From Bacteroidota bacterium (GTDB lineage: Bacteria > Bacteroidota > Bacteroidia > Cytophagales > UBA9547): a DNA stretch of 64,000 bases. The DNA lies in NCBI GenBank assembly GCA_041191405.1, contig JBEEOW010000011.1:13394-77393 (forward strand). The letters are read 5' to 3'. The position numbers and the translations under genes are program-made. This document shows, piece by piece, positions 18,174 to 28,475 of this stretch; positions within the stretch are counted from its first letter, which is position 1; the number at the start of each line of letters is the position of its first letter. The notes below the pieces were generated by a model that did no database searches, was not told where the DNA came from, and saw only the letters and a program-made list of their open reading frames with translations.

Positions 18174-18382
18174 GGTAATAATAATTTATAAAAACAAACA
18201 TATATAATTTAAATATTACAAAACGCTACATTAAGTATTGATTATAAAACTATTATGTCAAATTTAATTATCAAAACGAAAAAACTAATCAATAAAAAAA
18301 ATGACAAAAATCAGTTGTAATTAAAAAAATATATCCCAACTTGCCGATAATTAATGAACGAAAATTCAAAACTACATATAGT

Positions 18383-19237
18383 ATGAAAAAGATATTAATT
18401 CCTACATATTTTTCTGAAAATGCAGAAAATGCAGTTTTATATGGTTTGTTTTTATCTCAAGTTTTAAAAGCAAAACCAGTATATTTTTATGTAACGCATA
18501 AAAATATTTTAACCTCAAAACCTCATGATACATTTTTACATGAAGTTGAAAAAGACATAAAACATCAAACTGAAGTTTTGCATAATTCAATTAAATCTAT
18601 TTATGCTAAAGCAAATATAGAATTAGTTGAAAACCATTGTGAATTTTTGGTTAAATACGGTGCTGACACCATTGATTTAATTGAAGAACAAGCAGATAAC
18701 GGACAATATGAATTTGTTGTAATGGCAACTCATGGTGCTTCAGGATTGAAAAAATTCTTTGCTGGTAGTAATACATCAGGAATAATTCAAAAATCAAAAA
18801 TACCAGTACTTGCAGTTCCTTATGATGCTAAATATAAGTTAATTGATGATATAGCTTTTGCATCTGATTTTGAAAATATTGAACAAGAAGTTGAGTTGAC
18901 TTTGCCAATTGTAAAAAAATTGAATGCAAAACTTACTATTTTTACTGTTCACCCAATGTATCCTTCAAGCTTTAATCCTGAAAGTAAAAAAGTATTAAAT
19001 ATTTCAGAGGAATTAAGAAAGAAATTTGATTACGAAAAAATAAATCATATTGTAATTAATAGAGCTGAAGAAAATGATATTGAGGGTGGTATAAAAGATT
19101 TTGTTGCCAATCACAATCCAGATATTTTAATTATGTTTACCAAAGAACGTACTTGGTTTGAAAACTTATTGGATAGAAGCAACACTTCTGAAGTAGCTTT
19201 GGATATCAAAATACCGTTATTGGCTATGAAAAAATAA
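18383..19237 (+). CDS. Universal stress protein (tandem USP)
   Basis: MKKILIPT, VVMATHGASGLKKFFAGSNT, IPVLAVP; likely start is ATG 18383. Confidence 0.9.
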   Translation: MKKILIPTYFSENAENAVLYGLFLSQVLKAKPVYFYVTHKNILTSKPHDTFLHEVEKDIKHQTEVLHNSIKSIYAKANIELVENHCEFLVKYGADTIDLIEEQADNGQYEFVVMATHGASGLKKFFAGSNTSGIIQKSKIPVLAVPYDAKYKLIDDIAFASDFENIEQEVELTLPIVKKLNAKLTIFTVHPMYPSSFNPESKKVLNISEELRKKFDYEKINHIVINRAEENDIEGGIKDFVANHNPDILIMFTKERTWFENLLDRSNTSEVALDIKIPLLAMKK

Positions 19238-19251
19238 GCCTCGATAATCAG

Positions 19252-19297
19252 AAAATAAAAGCTCCCAATTTCATTTTAAATTGGGAGCTTTTATTTT
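19252..19297. terminator. Bidirectional intrinsic terminator
   Basis: aaaataaaagctcccaattt...aaattgggagcttttatttt between convergent genes. Confidence 0.8.
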
Positions 19298-20034
19298 TAA
19301 ATCAAATTTTTAAGAATAAACTCTAAATCTTCTGGCGTATCTACTCCTACTGAATCCCACTGACTTTCAAGCACTTTTATAGAATACCCATTTTGCAACC
19401 AACGTAATTGCTCTAAACTTTCGGCTTTTTCAAAACTCGACATTTCTAATTTTGTAATTTTTGAAAGAATATCAGTTCTTAAAGCATATATACCTAAATG
19501 TTTAAAATAATCATGATAATTTAACCAAGTAGATTTTTCTTTTCCTCTTACAAATGGAATTGCTTGTCGGCTGAAATACAATGCATTATTTTGATTATCA
19601 AATACAACTTTTACTTTATTTTCATCAAAAACAGCATCAATATCCTCTAACTTTTTACAAAGAGTAGCAATTTCAGTATTACCGTCTAAACAATTTGCCA
19701 ACAAAGAAATTTGCTCAGGTTTAATAAACGGTTCATCTCCTTGAATATTAATGATATAATCAAATTCTTTAGCATAATTTTGATATGCTTCATATACTCT
19801 ATCCGTACCTGATTGGTGACTTTCAGCAGTCATAACCACATTAGCACCAAAAGATTGTACATGATTATAAATCAATTTATTATCAGTAGCAACTACAACT
19901 TCACTAATAAAATCACAAGCTTTTACTTGATTATGAACACGCATAATCATACTAGTTCCTGCAATGTCAACCAGCGGTTTGGCAGGAAAACGAGTGGACG
20001 CATATCGAGCGGGAATTACACCTAAAATTTTCAT
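19297..20034 (-). CDS. kdsB: 3-deoxy-manno-octulosonate cytidylyltransferase
   Basis: IPARYASTRFPAKPL, HQSGTDR, INIQGDEP, ALYFSR, ESLEQLRWL. Confidence 0.96.
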   Translation of the reverse strand: MKILGVIPARYASTRFPAKPLVDIAGTSMIMRVHNQVKACDFISEVVVATDNKLIYNHVQSFGANVVMTAESHQSGTDRVYEAYQNYAKEFDYIINIQGDEPFIKPEQISLLANCLDGNTEIATLCKKLEDIDAVFDENKVKVVFDNQNNALYFSRQAIPFVRGKEKSTWLNYHDYFKHLGIYALRTDILSKITKLEMSSFEKAESLEQLRWLQNGYSIKVLESQWDSVGVDTPEDLEFILKNLI

Positions 20035-20100
20035 TATAAAGTACTATTTGGTTGATTTTTGCTAAATTTGGAAAAACAGTTCAGATAAACAAATTTAGCC

Positions 20101-20892
20101 TTGAATCTAATTGAAAAAAATACAATTTTAATAAATGATAAAATCTGGAAAATCATTGAAAGTGAAACATCTAGTGAATCAAAAATATTTATTGAAGTTA
20201 GAAATATAGAGAAAAAAGAAATGAGTATTTATTCATATCATTTTGAATCTAATACTTATTCCTTGGTTTTTGAAAAATTAGATTGGTGGTTGAGTATTCA
20301 ATATGCAAATAATTCTGTGGTTATTTTTCAATATTTTGATCCAGAAAAAATGCCATATTCAAGTAAAATTTTGGCTTATTCTATTCAAAATCAAAATATT
20401 ATATGGGAAATTGATAATGCATTTTATGTTTCTACTTTCAACAATGATAAAAAATATGTTCTTGTAAATAGAACGCAATTTGAAATTCAAAAAACAATTA
20501 TCATTGATTCTGAAAATGGAAATGAAATTATAGATACAATGCCTTTGGAAAATAAACTTCAAGAAAAAATTATTTTATATAAAGAAGAAGATAAATATTT
20601 TACTGATTTACAGAGTTTTATTTCCCAAACTACAAATCATACTGCAATTAAATTGATTGAATATTGCGAATGGCAATGTTTCATTTTAATTTCTTATTAT
20701 ATTTGCAGAAGTGAAAATTCATTTGAGAATTATTTACTCATTATCAATGAGAAAGGTGGCTTACATTTAAGTGAAACTTTGGGTACTTCATTAAAAGGAG
20801 TTGCAACTGGAACTTTCTCGGTTTACAACAATTATTTGTATTTTGTAAACACTGATAATCAGATTAAAATATTGGCAATAAATGACAAATAA
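20101..20892 (+). CDS. Hypothetical protein (DUF4905-like)
   Basis: 263 aa; LDWWLSI and YKEEDKYFTDLQSFI patterns; coupled to the LysM gene. Confidence 0.6.
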   Translation: MNLIEKNTILINDKIWKIIESETSSESKIFIEVRNIEKKEMSIYSYHFESNTYSLVFEKLDWWLSIQYANNSVVIFQYFDPEKMPYSSKILAYSIQNQNIIWEIDNAFYVSTFNNDKKYVLVNRTQFEIQKTIIIDSENGNEIIDTMPLENKLQEKIILYKEEDKYFTDLQSFISQTTNHTAIKLIEYCEWQCFILISYYICRSENSFENYLLIINEKGGLHLSETLGTSLKGVATGTFSVYNNYLYFVNTDNQIKILAINDK

Positions 20893-22579
20893 TATGAAAA
20901 ACAAGCGATTTAACTATATAGTATTCACGATTTTAATAAGTATTTTTAGTTTTAATATTTCTTTAGCACAAAGTAAAAAAGTGCATATTTTAAAGAAGGG
21001 CGAAAACTTATCGGTTGTTGCAAAAAAGTATAAAGTTTCATTATCGGAATTAAAAAAAGCAAATCCTAATTTAGGTGATAAATTAGATATTGGCGACAAA
21101 ATCAATTTGCCAGCTTCTGCAAAATCTACAGAGAAACCAAAGCCAAAGCCTGCAACTGCTAAAGGGAAAAATAAAAAACCAGAAGCACCTGTTGAAAATG
21201 AGGAAGTTGCAGTTGAAGAATCTCCTGTAAATGATAGTGGTGATTTTATCAAACATAAAATTAAATCAGGCGAAAAATTATCTCTACTTTGTAAAAAATA
21301 CAATGTAACTCCAAAAGAAATTAAAGATGCCAACCCAACTATTGGCAAAGAAATAAAAGTTGGAACTGTAATCAATATCCCTAAAAAAGAACAAGTTACA
21401 ACAGTAGTGTCTGTAGAAGAAGAACCAAAAGCGGAAACAGAATCAACACAAAATACCAATCCAAATCAAACAATTCATGTTGTAAAGTCAAAAGAAACAC
21501 TTTACACAATTGCAAAAAAATATAAAACTACAGTTGCTAAAATTCAGAAATTAAATCCTGAATTAGGTATGTCTGTTAAAATTGGGCAATCAATAATTGT
21601 TGCAGATAAATCTGCAAATTCAAAACCAAATGTTTCTGAACAAGCTAGTAATCAAGAGGAAACAAAAGGAAATGGCATTCATATTGTTAAGTCAAAAGAA
21701 ACATTATCATCAATTGCTAAAAAATATAAAGTAACTTTAGTTGCACTTAAAAAAGCTAATCCCAAAGCAGCAAAAGGCTTAAAACTTGGTCAGGAATTAA
21801 TTATTCCTGGTTTAAATAATTCACAAGAAACAGTTAGCGAAGAAGTTGTAGAAAAACCAACTAAACCACAAGCTGAACCTGTTACTGAAGATATTTCAGT
21901 TGAAAAAGGTTATCATTTAGTAAAACCTCGTCAAACACTTTATTCAATTGCTAAGCAATATAAAGTTTCGGTAACCCAATTAACCAAATGGAATAATTTA
22001 AAAGGAAGCATTGATGTAAATCAAAAACTAATAGTAAGTAAAGCTAAATTTGATGAAATAAATGCTGAAAATGTTTCAAATACTCCAACTGAAACTATTG
22101 CTTCAAGTGAAGTAAAACAAGAAGAAAAAGTATCTCCGATTGTTCCAGCTGAAACATTAAATACAAGAAAATCAGCATATACCGAACCTGATGAACCAAT
22201 AAAACAAGAAACATCAAGAGCAGTTGTTGTTGTAAAAGAACCTGAACCAGTTGTTGATCCTTCAACAATTAAAGTAACTACTAGTACTGCAGTAAATGCA
22301 AGTGGTTATAATAAAATTACTGAATCTGGTTTAGGGGAAATTATGGGTGAAAATGTAGAAACTACTAAGTTTTTGGCATTACACAAAACAGCTCCAATTG
22401 GAACTTTGATTCAAGTAAAAAATCCAATGAATGGCGTTGCAATATTTGTGAGGGTAATTGGTAAATTACCTGATACGCCAGCAAATGATAAAATTGTAAT
22501 TAAAGTTACCAAAAAAGTAAGAGAAAGAATTGGCGCTTTAAATTCAAGGTTCCCAGTTGAAATCTCATACATACCTTAA
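20882..22579 (+). CDS. Secreted LysM-repeat protein (5 LysM) with C-terminal DPBB/RlpA-like domain
   Basis: Signal peptide; five LysM repeats of the H-x-V-K-x-x-E-T-L-x-x-I-A-K-K-Y type; C-terminal ALHKTAPIGTLIQVKNP. Confidence 0.88.
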   Translation: MTNNMKNKRFNYIVFTILISIFSFNISLAQSKKVHILKKGENLSVVAKKYKVSLSELKKANPNLGDKLDIGDKINLPASAKSTEKPKPKPATAKGKNKKPEAPVENEEVAVEESPVNDSGDFIKHKIKSGEKLSLLCKKYNVTPKEIKDANPTIGKEIKVGTVINIPKKEQVTTVVSVEEEPKAETESTQNTNPNQTIHVVKSKETLYTIAKKYKTTVAKIQKLNPELGMSVKIGQSIIVADKSANSKPNVSEQASNQEETKGNGIHIVKSKETLSSIAKKYKVTLVALKKANPKAAKGLKLGQELIIPGLNNSQETVSEEVVEKPTKPQAEPVTEDISVEKGYHLVKPRQTLYSIAKQYKVSVTQLTKWNNLKGSIDVNQKLIVSKAKFDEINAENVSNTPTETIASSEVKQEEKVSPIVPAETLNTRKSAYTEPDEPIKQETSRAVVVVKEPEPVVDPSTIKVTTSTAVNASGYNKITESGLGEIMGENVETTKFLALHKTAPIGTLIQVKNPMNGVAIFVRVIGKLPDTPANDKIVIKVTKKVRERIGALNSRFPVEISYIP

Positions 22580-22656
22580 ATTATATGATTTAAATTACTT
22601 TTTTTAGAAAAATTTAAAAAGTTTGTCTAAATTGGTGATTCAAAAGTAAAGTAAAA

Positions 22657-23373
22657 ATGCTTAAGAAAGTAGAAAACATTGCATGTGAAACTTGTGGTAG
22701 TAGGTCAGAATCTCTATTTAGTGGAATTTCTGAAGTACACCTTTGTCAACTGTCTGAAAATAAATCTTGTATCAAATATAAAAAAGGTCAGGTAATATTT
22801 TATGAAGGTACAAGACCACTTGGTTTATTTTGTGTAAATGAAGGAAAAATAAAAATTTACAAAGACGGCTCTCAAGGTAAAGAACAAATTATCAATTTTG
22901 CTAAAAATGGTAGTTTTTTAGGTTACAGAGCTTTACTAAGTGAAGAGTTATATGCAGCCTCAGCAAGTGTAATCGAAGATGCTACAGTATGTTTTATTCC
23001 TAAAGCTGATTTTTTAAAAGTATTTAGCGAAGATGCTAATTTTGTAAACAAATTGATGAAAGCTGTTTGTCACGAAATTGGAGTTTTGGAGGAAAAAGTA
23101 ATTAATCTTGCACAAAAATCTGTACGTGAACGTTTAGCTACTACCCTACTTATGCTTAGAGAAGCATTTGGTTTAGATGGTGGCGACAAAACAGATCTAA
23201 TTGACCTTGCACTTTCTAGAGAAGATTTAGCAAATATTGTAGGTACTGCAACTGAAACTGTAATTCGCTTACTTGCTGATTTTAAAGAAGAAAAACTGAT
23301 TGCTACAGAAGGTAAAAAAATTAAAATATTAAGTGTAAAAGGTTTAGCAAAAGCTGCTGATTTTTACGGTTGA
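22657..23373 (+). CDS. Crp/Fnr family transcriptional regulator
   Basis: N-terminal CETC; cNMP-binding fold; HTH LSREDLANIVGTATETVIRLL. Confidence 0.93.
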   Translation: MLKKVENIACETCGSRSESLFSGISEVHLCQLSENKSCIKYKKGQVIFYEGTRPLGLFCVNEGKIKIYKDGSQGKEQIINFAKNGSFLGYRALLSEELYAASASVIEDATVCFIPKADFLKVFSEDANFVNKLMKAVCHEIGVLEEKVINLAQKSVRERLATTLLMLREAFGLDGGDKTDLIDLALSREDLANIVGTATETVIRLLADFKEEKLIATEGKKIKILSVKGLAKAADFYG

Positions 23374-23398
23374 TAATCTTGTAAATAAATTAAATATT

Positions 23399-23433
23399 CA
23401 AAATCCTCTTTCAATTATTGTTAGAGGATTTTT
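23399..23433 (+). terminator. Intrinsic terminator
   Basis: aaaatcctct...agaggattttt. Confidence 0.6.
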
Positions 23434-23520
23434 AGTTTTTAAATGAGTATTATTTAAATAAAATACTTAATCACTATTATTTTTTACTTAAATTTAAGAA
23501 TTAAAATATTGTTTTTTACC

Positions 23521-25251
23521 ATGAATCCAACTTCAAAAGTATTTGCTGATTTTTTTAAAGACGAAACAAATTTAAGTTCAAAAGCTGAATTGTTAATGGA
23601 CAAAATGCTTGAAGGGCACATTTGTATTCCTTTAGATATTGAAGAATCAAAAGCTTTGCAAAAAAGCAAATTCGTATATAACAATACAGAAAAACAACCT
23701 TTTATAATTGAAAATTCTAAACTTTATTTACAACGATATTTTGAATATGAGACTTCAATTATTCAGAGAATCAAAGCTTTAATTGATGCTAGTCAATCGG
23801 AAGTTGAAAATACAATGCAAAAGTTATTAGCTGAAAAAACGCTAATTACTCAACTATTTACTAATGATGGACCGGAAATAGACTGGCAATTAATAGCAGC
23901 ATTGAATGCTTGTTTACATAACTTTGCAATCATCACTGGCGGACCAGGAACAGGTAAAACTACCACTGTTTCAAAGCTTTTATGTATTTTATTGAAGTTA
24001 AATCCCTCATTAAGAATTACTTTGGCTGCACCTACCGGTAAGGCTGCTATGCGAATGAAAGAATCTTTGAGTAATTCATTTAAACATTTAAAGATTGATA
24101 CTGTAATTCAACAAAAATTAGAAATAATTCAGCCACAAACTATTCATAGATTATTAGGATACATTAAAGATTCTCCATACTTTAAACATCATGCTGATAA
24201 TCAGTTGCAATATGATTTAATTGTAATTGACGAAGCTTCTATGATTGATATTCCGATGATGTCAAAATTACTAGAAGCGACAAATGAAAATACTAAAATT
24301 CTATTTTTAGGAGATAAAAATCAATTGGCTTCCGTTGAGGCAGGTTCTGTATTTAGCGATTTTTGTTCATTGCAAAGTAAAATGAACACTTTTAATCAAG
24401 CTAAAATTGATTTATTTAACAGTTTTGTTTCATTGCCTTCGCAAAAGTTAAACATCGATTATATTAACAATGAAAACCACTTTTTTGCTGGTTTAACAAC
24501 TGAATTACAAGTTAGTAGAAGATTTAACAGTGAAGAAGGAATTGGTTATTTTAGTAAATCCGTTATTGATGGAAAAACAATTGAAATTGATAATTGGAAA
24601 TCTCAGCCAACTCATATTCAAAAAGGAATTACTTTATTTAATGAATTAGCTGATTTGAATCAAGATATTCTTCAATTTTCAAATTATATAAATGAGCCAG
24701 ATATTAATAATGCATTACAATTAACTTTGAAAATCAGAGTTTTATGTGCAGTAAAAGAAGGTATTCATGGTGTAAAAGCATGTAATCAATACATTGAAAA
24801 AGTACTTACTGATGCAGGATTAATTCAGCCTAAATACGGGTTTTATGAAAATCAATTAATAATGATTACTTCAAATAATTATGGATTATCCTTATTTAAT
24901 GGAGATATTGGCATAGTTAGGAAGGATAAGGAAGGTAATTTGAAAGCCTTTTTTGAAGACGCAAATCAAGAGAATGGTTTAAAAATTATAGCAACAAGTT
25001 ATATAAAAAGCTACGAAACTGCTTTTGCAATGACAATTCATAAAAGTCAAGGCTCTGAATTTGATACCGCAATTGTAATTATGCCTGATAATGAAGCTCC
25101 AATTTTAACTCGAGAATTATTATACACTGGTATTACTAGGGCTAAAACAATGGCTAAAATTTTAGTAAAACAAGATATTTTAGATTTTACTATTAATCAA
25201 CAAGTTCAACGAATTTCAGGTATTCAAGACAGAATAAAACAATGGGTGTAA
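23521..25251 (+). CDS. recD: Exodeoxyribonuclease V alpha subunit
   Basis: ITGGPGTGKTT, AAPTGKAA, TIHRLLG, IDEASMID, GDKNQLASVEAG, AMTIHKSQGSEF. Confidence 0.95.
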   Translation: MNPTSKVFADFFKDETNLSSKAELLMDKMLEGHICIPLDIEESKALQKSKFVYNNTEKQPFIIENSKLYLQRYFEYETSIIQRIKALIDASQSEVENTMQKLLAEKTLITQLFTNDGPEIDWQLIAALNACLHNFAIITGGPGTGKTTTVSKLLCILLKLNPSLRITLAAPTGKAAMRMKESLSNSFKHLKIDTVIQQKLEIIQPQTIHRLLGYIKDSPYFKHHADNQLQYDLIVIDEASMIDIPMMSKLLEATNENTKILFLGDKNQLASVEAGSVFSDFCSLQSKMNTFNQAKIDLFNSFVSLPSQKLNIDYINNENHFFAGLTTELQVSRRFNSEEGIGYFSKSVIDGKTIEIDNWKSQPTHIQKGITLFNELADLNQDILQFSNYINEPDINNALQLTLKIRVLCAVKEGIHGVKACNQYIEKVLTDAGLIQPKYGFYENQLIMITSNNYGLSLFNGDIGIVRKDKEGNLKAFFEDANQENGLKIIATSYIKSYETAFAMTIHKSQGSEFDTAIVIMPDNEAPILTRELLYTGITRAKTMAKILVKQDILDFTINQQVQRISGIQDRIKQWV

Positions 25252-28200
25252 AATTATATTTTTCTAATAAACTTAATTCATTGGTAAATCAACTTTCAGA
25301 TGATTTACATCAATTGCAATATTCGGTTTTCAAACCTGAGTTAATTGTTACGCAAACTGAAGGTATGCAACAATGGGTTTGTATGGAATTGGCAAAACTA
25401 AATTCTGTTTTTGCCAATTTTGAGTTTAAAAAACCTAATGATATTATTTTACATGTTGCACAGTTAGCTAGCGTAACTGAACATTATGCAATGAACACCG
25501 AAAAAATTAAGTGGATTTTGTATTTTTTACTTGTTGAAGATGAGTTTAAAGTGAAGTTTCCACAAGTGAGTCATTATTATCAAAATGCTGATAATGCAGA
25601 TGTGAAAAGAATGCAATTGGCTACAAAAATAGCCGATTTGTTTGACCAAATGGTTATTTATCGCCCTGCATACATCAAAGCTTGGAATGAAAATTCGCTC
25701 CTCAACACCGATGATGAAACAGAGCAATGGCAAGCTAATTTATGGGCTCAAATGCGATTGAAACTTGATAATCCATTAGATAGAACACAATTGAAAGATA
25801 AATTAATTTTTCAATTGAAAAATGATAACAATCTACAAGAGTTATTACAGAAATCTTTACCAACAATTTCGGTATTTGGCTTGTCAATTTTAACGCAATA
25901 CCACATTGAGTTTTTTTATGAAGTTTCAAAGTATGTAAATGTAAATTTTTATTTTCTTAACCCTGCTCCTGAACAATTTTGGTTCGATTATAAATCTGAA
26001 AAAGAAATAATTAGATTTAAATATAAGTATAAAGACTTTAACTCTGAAAGTGTACTTGTTGGCAATGATTTATTAACTAGTTGGGGTAAAATTGGTCAGG
26101 ATTTATATGCTGAATTATTAGCAATTGATGAGTTTTCTAATGCTTTAGAAAGCACAGAAACCATTGAACCTGAAAGGAATACATTATTAAATATTATCAA
26201 AAATGAAATATTTAACAATATTCCTCCTGATGAACGTGAAAATATAGATTCTAAGTTTTTGTACGACAAAAGTATTCAGATAGTTAGTTGCCATACTGAA
26301 GCTAGAGAAATAGAAGTTTTGTACATTTTTTTAGTTAAAACAATTTCAGAAAATCAAGATATTTCGCCGAGTGATATTTTGGTAATGGTGCCAAATATTG
26401 AAAACTATTCTCCATTCATACAATCAATATTTGATAATGCACCTTATAAACTACCTTATGCTTTGGCAGATAGAGATTTACAACAAAGTGATGAATTGAT
26501 TGCAGTTTTATTTTCATTATTAGAATTAACAAGTTTTGAATTTACATCAGAAAAAATACTACAACTTATTGATTATAAAATTATAACTAATAAATACAAT
26601 ATTACAAATCCTGCTCTAATAAGACGAGTTGTAAAAGATGTAAATATTAGATTTGGCTGGGGAAATACTGAAAATGAACTTAATTCAGCAACTGAAACAT
26701 ACTTAGTTTCCTGGCAAAGTGGTATTGAACGCATAGTTATGGGCATTGCCATGAAAGGTGGCGAAATGTACAATTATAATGGCAAAGAAACACTTTGTTA
26801 TGATGCTCTCGAAGGTGGTGATGCCTTAGAATTATTAAATTTCATAGTATTTTTAAAAGCTATTCAAAACTTAATTGTTGAAGGTATTGAAGAAAGAACT
26901 TTGCCTGAGTGGCGAGTATATATTCAACTTATTGCCGAAAAACTACTTGACGATAATACCGAACATGAAGGTTTAACTCAAGTTTTAAATAGATTAGATT
27001 ATATCATTGAATTAGAAGAACTTATTGATTCAAAAATACCGAGAAATGTATTTATGCAATCAATCAGTAGTATTTTTAATTCAAATGCAGCTAATACAGG
27101 ATATCTTAAAGGAAATATTACTTTTTGTTCTACTTTGCCCATGCGTAGTATTCCATTTAAAGTAATTGCAATGCTTGGAATGAATAGTTTGGATTTTCCA
27201 CGTCAGGAAACTCCAATCGGCTTTGATTTAATTGCTAAAAAACCTCAAAAAGGCGATAGAAATAGCAAAGCCAATGATAAATATTTATTCCTAGAGGCTT
27301 TATTATCAACTGATAATGTATTTTATCTGAGTTACAAAGGTAGAAGTACAAAAGATAATTCTCACAAGGAACCTTCAATATTGATTGATGAATTGGTGAA
27401 TTATATTCAGCAAAAGTCTAAAATTGAAAATATAGATAAAATACTAATTACTGAGCATCCATTACATGCATTTAGTGAAAAATATTTCAATGCAGAAAAC
27501 GATAATTTATTTACCTATTTTAATTTTTCAGAGAATAAAAATACAGTACAATTTTCTGAAAATATTCAAGAAAAGCCATTAGAAAAAGAAATAAAACTAG
27601 ATGCATTTATCAATGCAATTGCAAAACCTATAAATCATTACTTTAACCATAAGCTAGGAATTTATTATAATAAAGATTCATTATTAGTTCCTGAAAATGA
27701 AGAATTTGAATTAGACAAGTTAAAGCAATTTAATTTAAAAAATTATTTAGTTTCTAATGAATTAAATGAAGATTTTATTAAATTAGAAAAACATAAAGGT
27801 ACAATTCCTTTGGCAAATGCGGGAAAAGCAACATTAAGTCTAATTGATGAAGAAATTGCTGAATACAAATCAATATTTAAGTCATTAGTTGAAGATACTC
27901 ACAAAATTAATCATAACGGAATTGTACAATTATCTCAATTAGAAATTCATTTTGATATTGATTTATTTTTAACATTAAATGGAGTTGAAAAACAGATCAT
28001 TGTTGGATTTTCAAAAGATTTGGCATCAAATACCATTCGAGCATGGATTAAACATTTAATTTTAATTGCATCAGGAAAAATCGTTGAAACACAATTGATT
28101 AGTAAAAATACAAAAGAAGTAATTACCCTTTATCACACAACTTTTAATAATCAACATGAAGCAGTTAAATTACTTCAACAATTTGAAGAATTTTATTTGA

Positions 28201-28469
28201 AAGCAAGTGCTGAAATTCAAGTATTAGTGCACAAATCGGCTTTTGATGAATGGGAGAAATTGTCAACAAAAGAACCTAACCCTCAAAAACTTGCAGAAAA
28301 TATTGCCAAAAAATTAAAAGGTGTAAACGGCGACATAAACTATAATGAATATCTACAAGTGCTTGATTCGTTAAATGGAATTAAAGATGAATTTGATGAG
28401 CAATTCATCAATTCAATTGATTCAATTTACAATCCAATTAAACAACATTTTTTAAACCAACAAAATTAA
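25242..28469 (+). CDS. recC: Exodeoxyribonuclease V gamma subunit
   Basis: YFSNKL, IADLFDQMVIYRP, LLTSWGKIGQD, CHTEAREIEVL, PMRSIPFKVIAMLGMN. Confidence 0.93.
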   Translation: MGVKLYFSNKLNSLVNQLSDDLHQLQYSVFKPELIVTQTEGMQQWVCMELAKLNSVFANFEFKKPNDIILHVAQLASVTEHYAMNTEKIKWILYFLLVEDEFKVKFPQVSHYYQNADNADVKRMQLATKIADLFDQMVIYRPAYIKAWNENSLLNTDDETEQWQANLWAQMRLKLDNPLDRTQLKDKLIFQLKNDNNLQELLQKSLPTISVFGLSILTQYHIEFFYEVSKYVNVNFYFLNPAPEQFWFDYKSEKEIIRFKYKYKDFNSESVLVGNDLLTSWGKIGQDLYAELLAIDEFSNALESTETIEPERNTLLNIIKNEIFNNIPPDERENIDSKFLYDKSIQIVSCHTEAREIEVLYIFLVKTISENQDISPSDILVMVPNIENYSPFIQSIFDNAPYKLPYALADRDLQQSDELIAVLFSLLELTSFEFTSEKILQLIDYKIITNKYNITNPALIRRVVKDVNIRFGWGNTENELNSATETYLVSWQSGIERIVMGIAMKGGEMYNYNGKETLCYDALEGGDALELLNFIVFLKAIQNLIVEGIEERTLPEWRVYIQLIAEKLLDDNTEHEGLTQVLNRLDYIIELEELIDSKIPRNVFMQSISSIFNSNAANTGYLKGNITFCSTLPMRSIPFKVIAMLGMNSLDFPRQETPIGFDLIAKKPQKGDRNSKANDKYLFLEALLSTDNVFYLSYKGRSTKDNSHKEPSILIDELVNYIQQKSKIENIDKILITEHPLHAFSEKYFNAENDNLFTYFNFSENKNTVQFSENIQEKPLEKEIKLDAFINAIAKPINHYFNHKLGIYYNKDSLLVPENEEFELDKLKQFNLKNYLVSNELNEDFIKLEKHKGTIPLANAGKATLSLIDEEIAEYKSIFKSLVEDTHKINHNGIVQLSQLEIHFDIDLFLTLNGVEKQIIVGFSKDLASNTIRAWIKHLILIASGKIVETQLISKNTKEVITLYHTTFNNQHEAVKLLQQFEEFYLKASAEIQVLVHKSAFDEWEKLSTKEPNPQKLAENIAKKLKGVNGDINYNEYLQVLDSLNGIKDEFDEQFINSIDSIYNPIKQHFLNQQN

Positions 28470-28475
28470 TTTTAT

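Noticed and set aside
20914-21459. 181-aa antisense ORF (also 43523-43981, 53550-53843, 15108-15395 and other short ones)
   Set aside because: Reverse-strand shadows of well-supported genes
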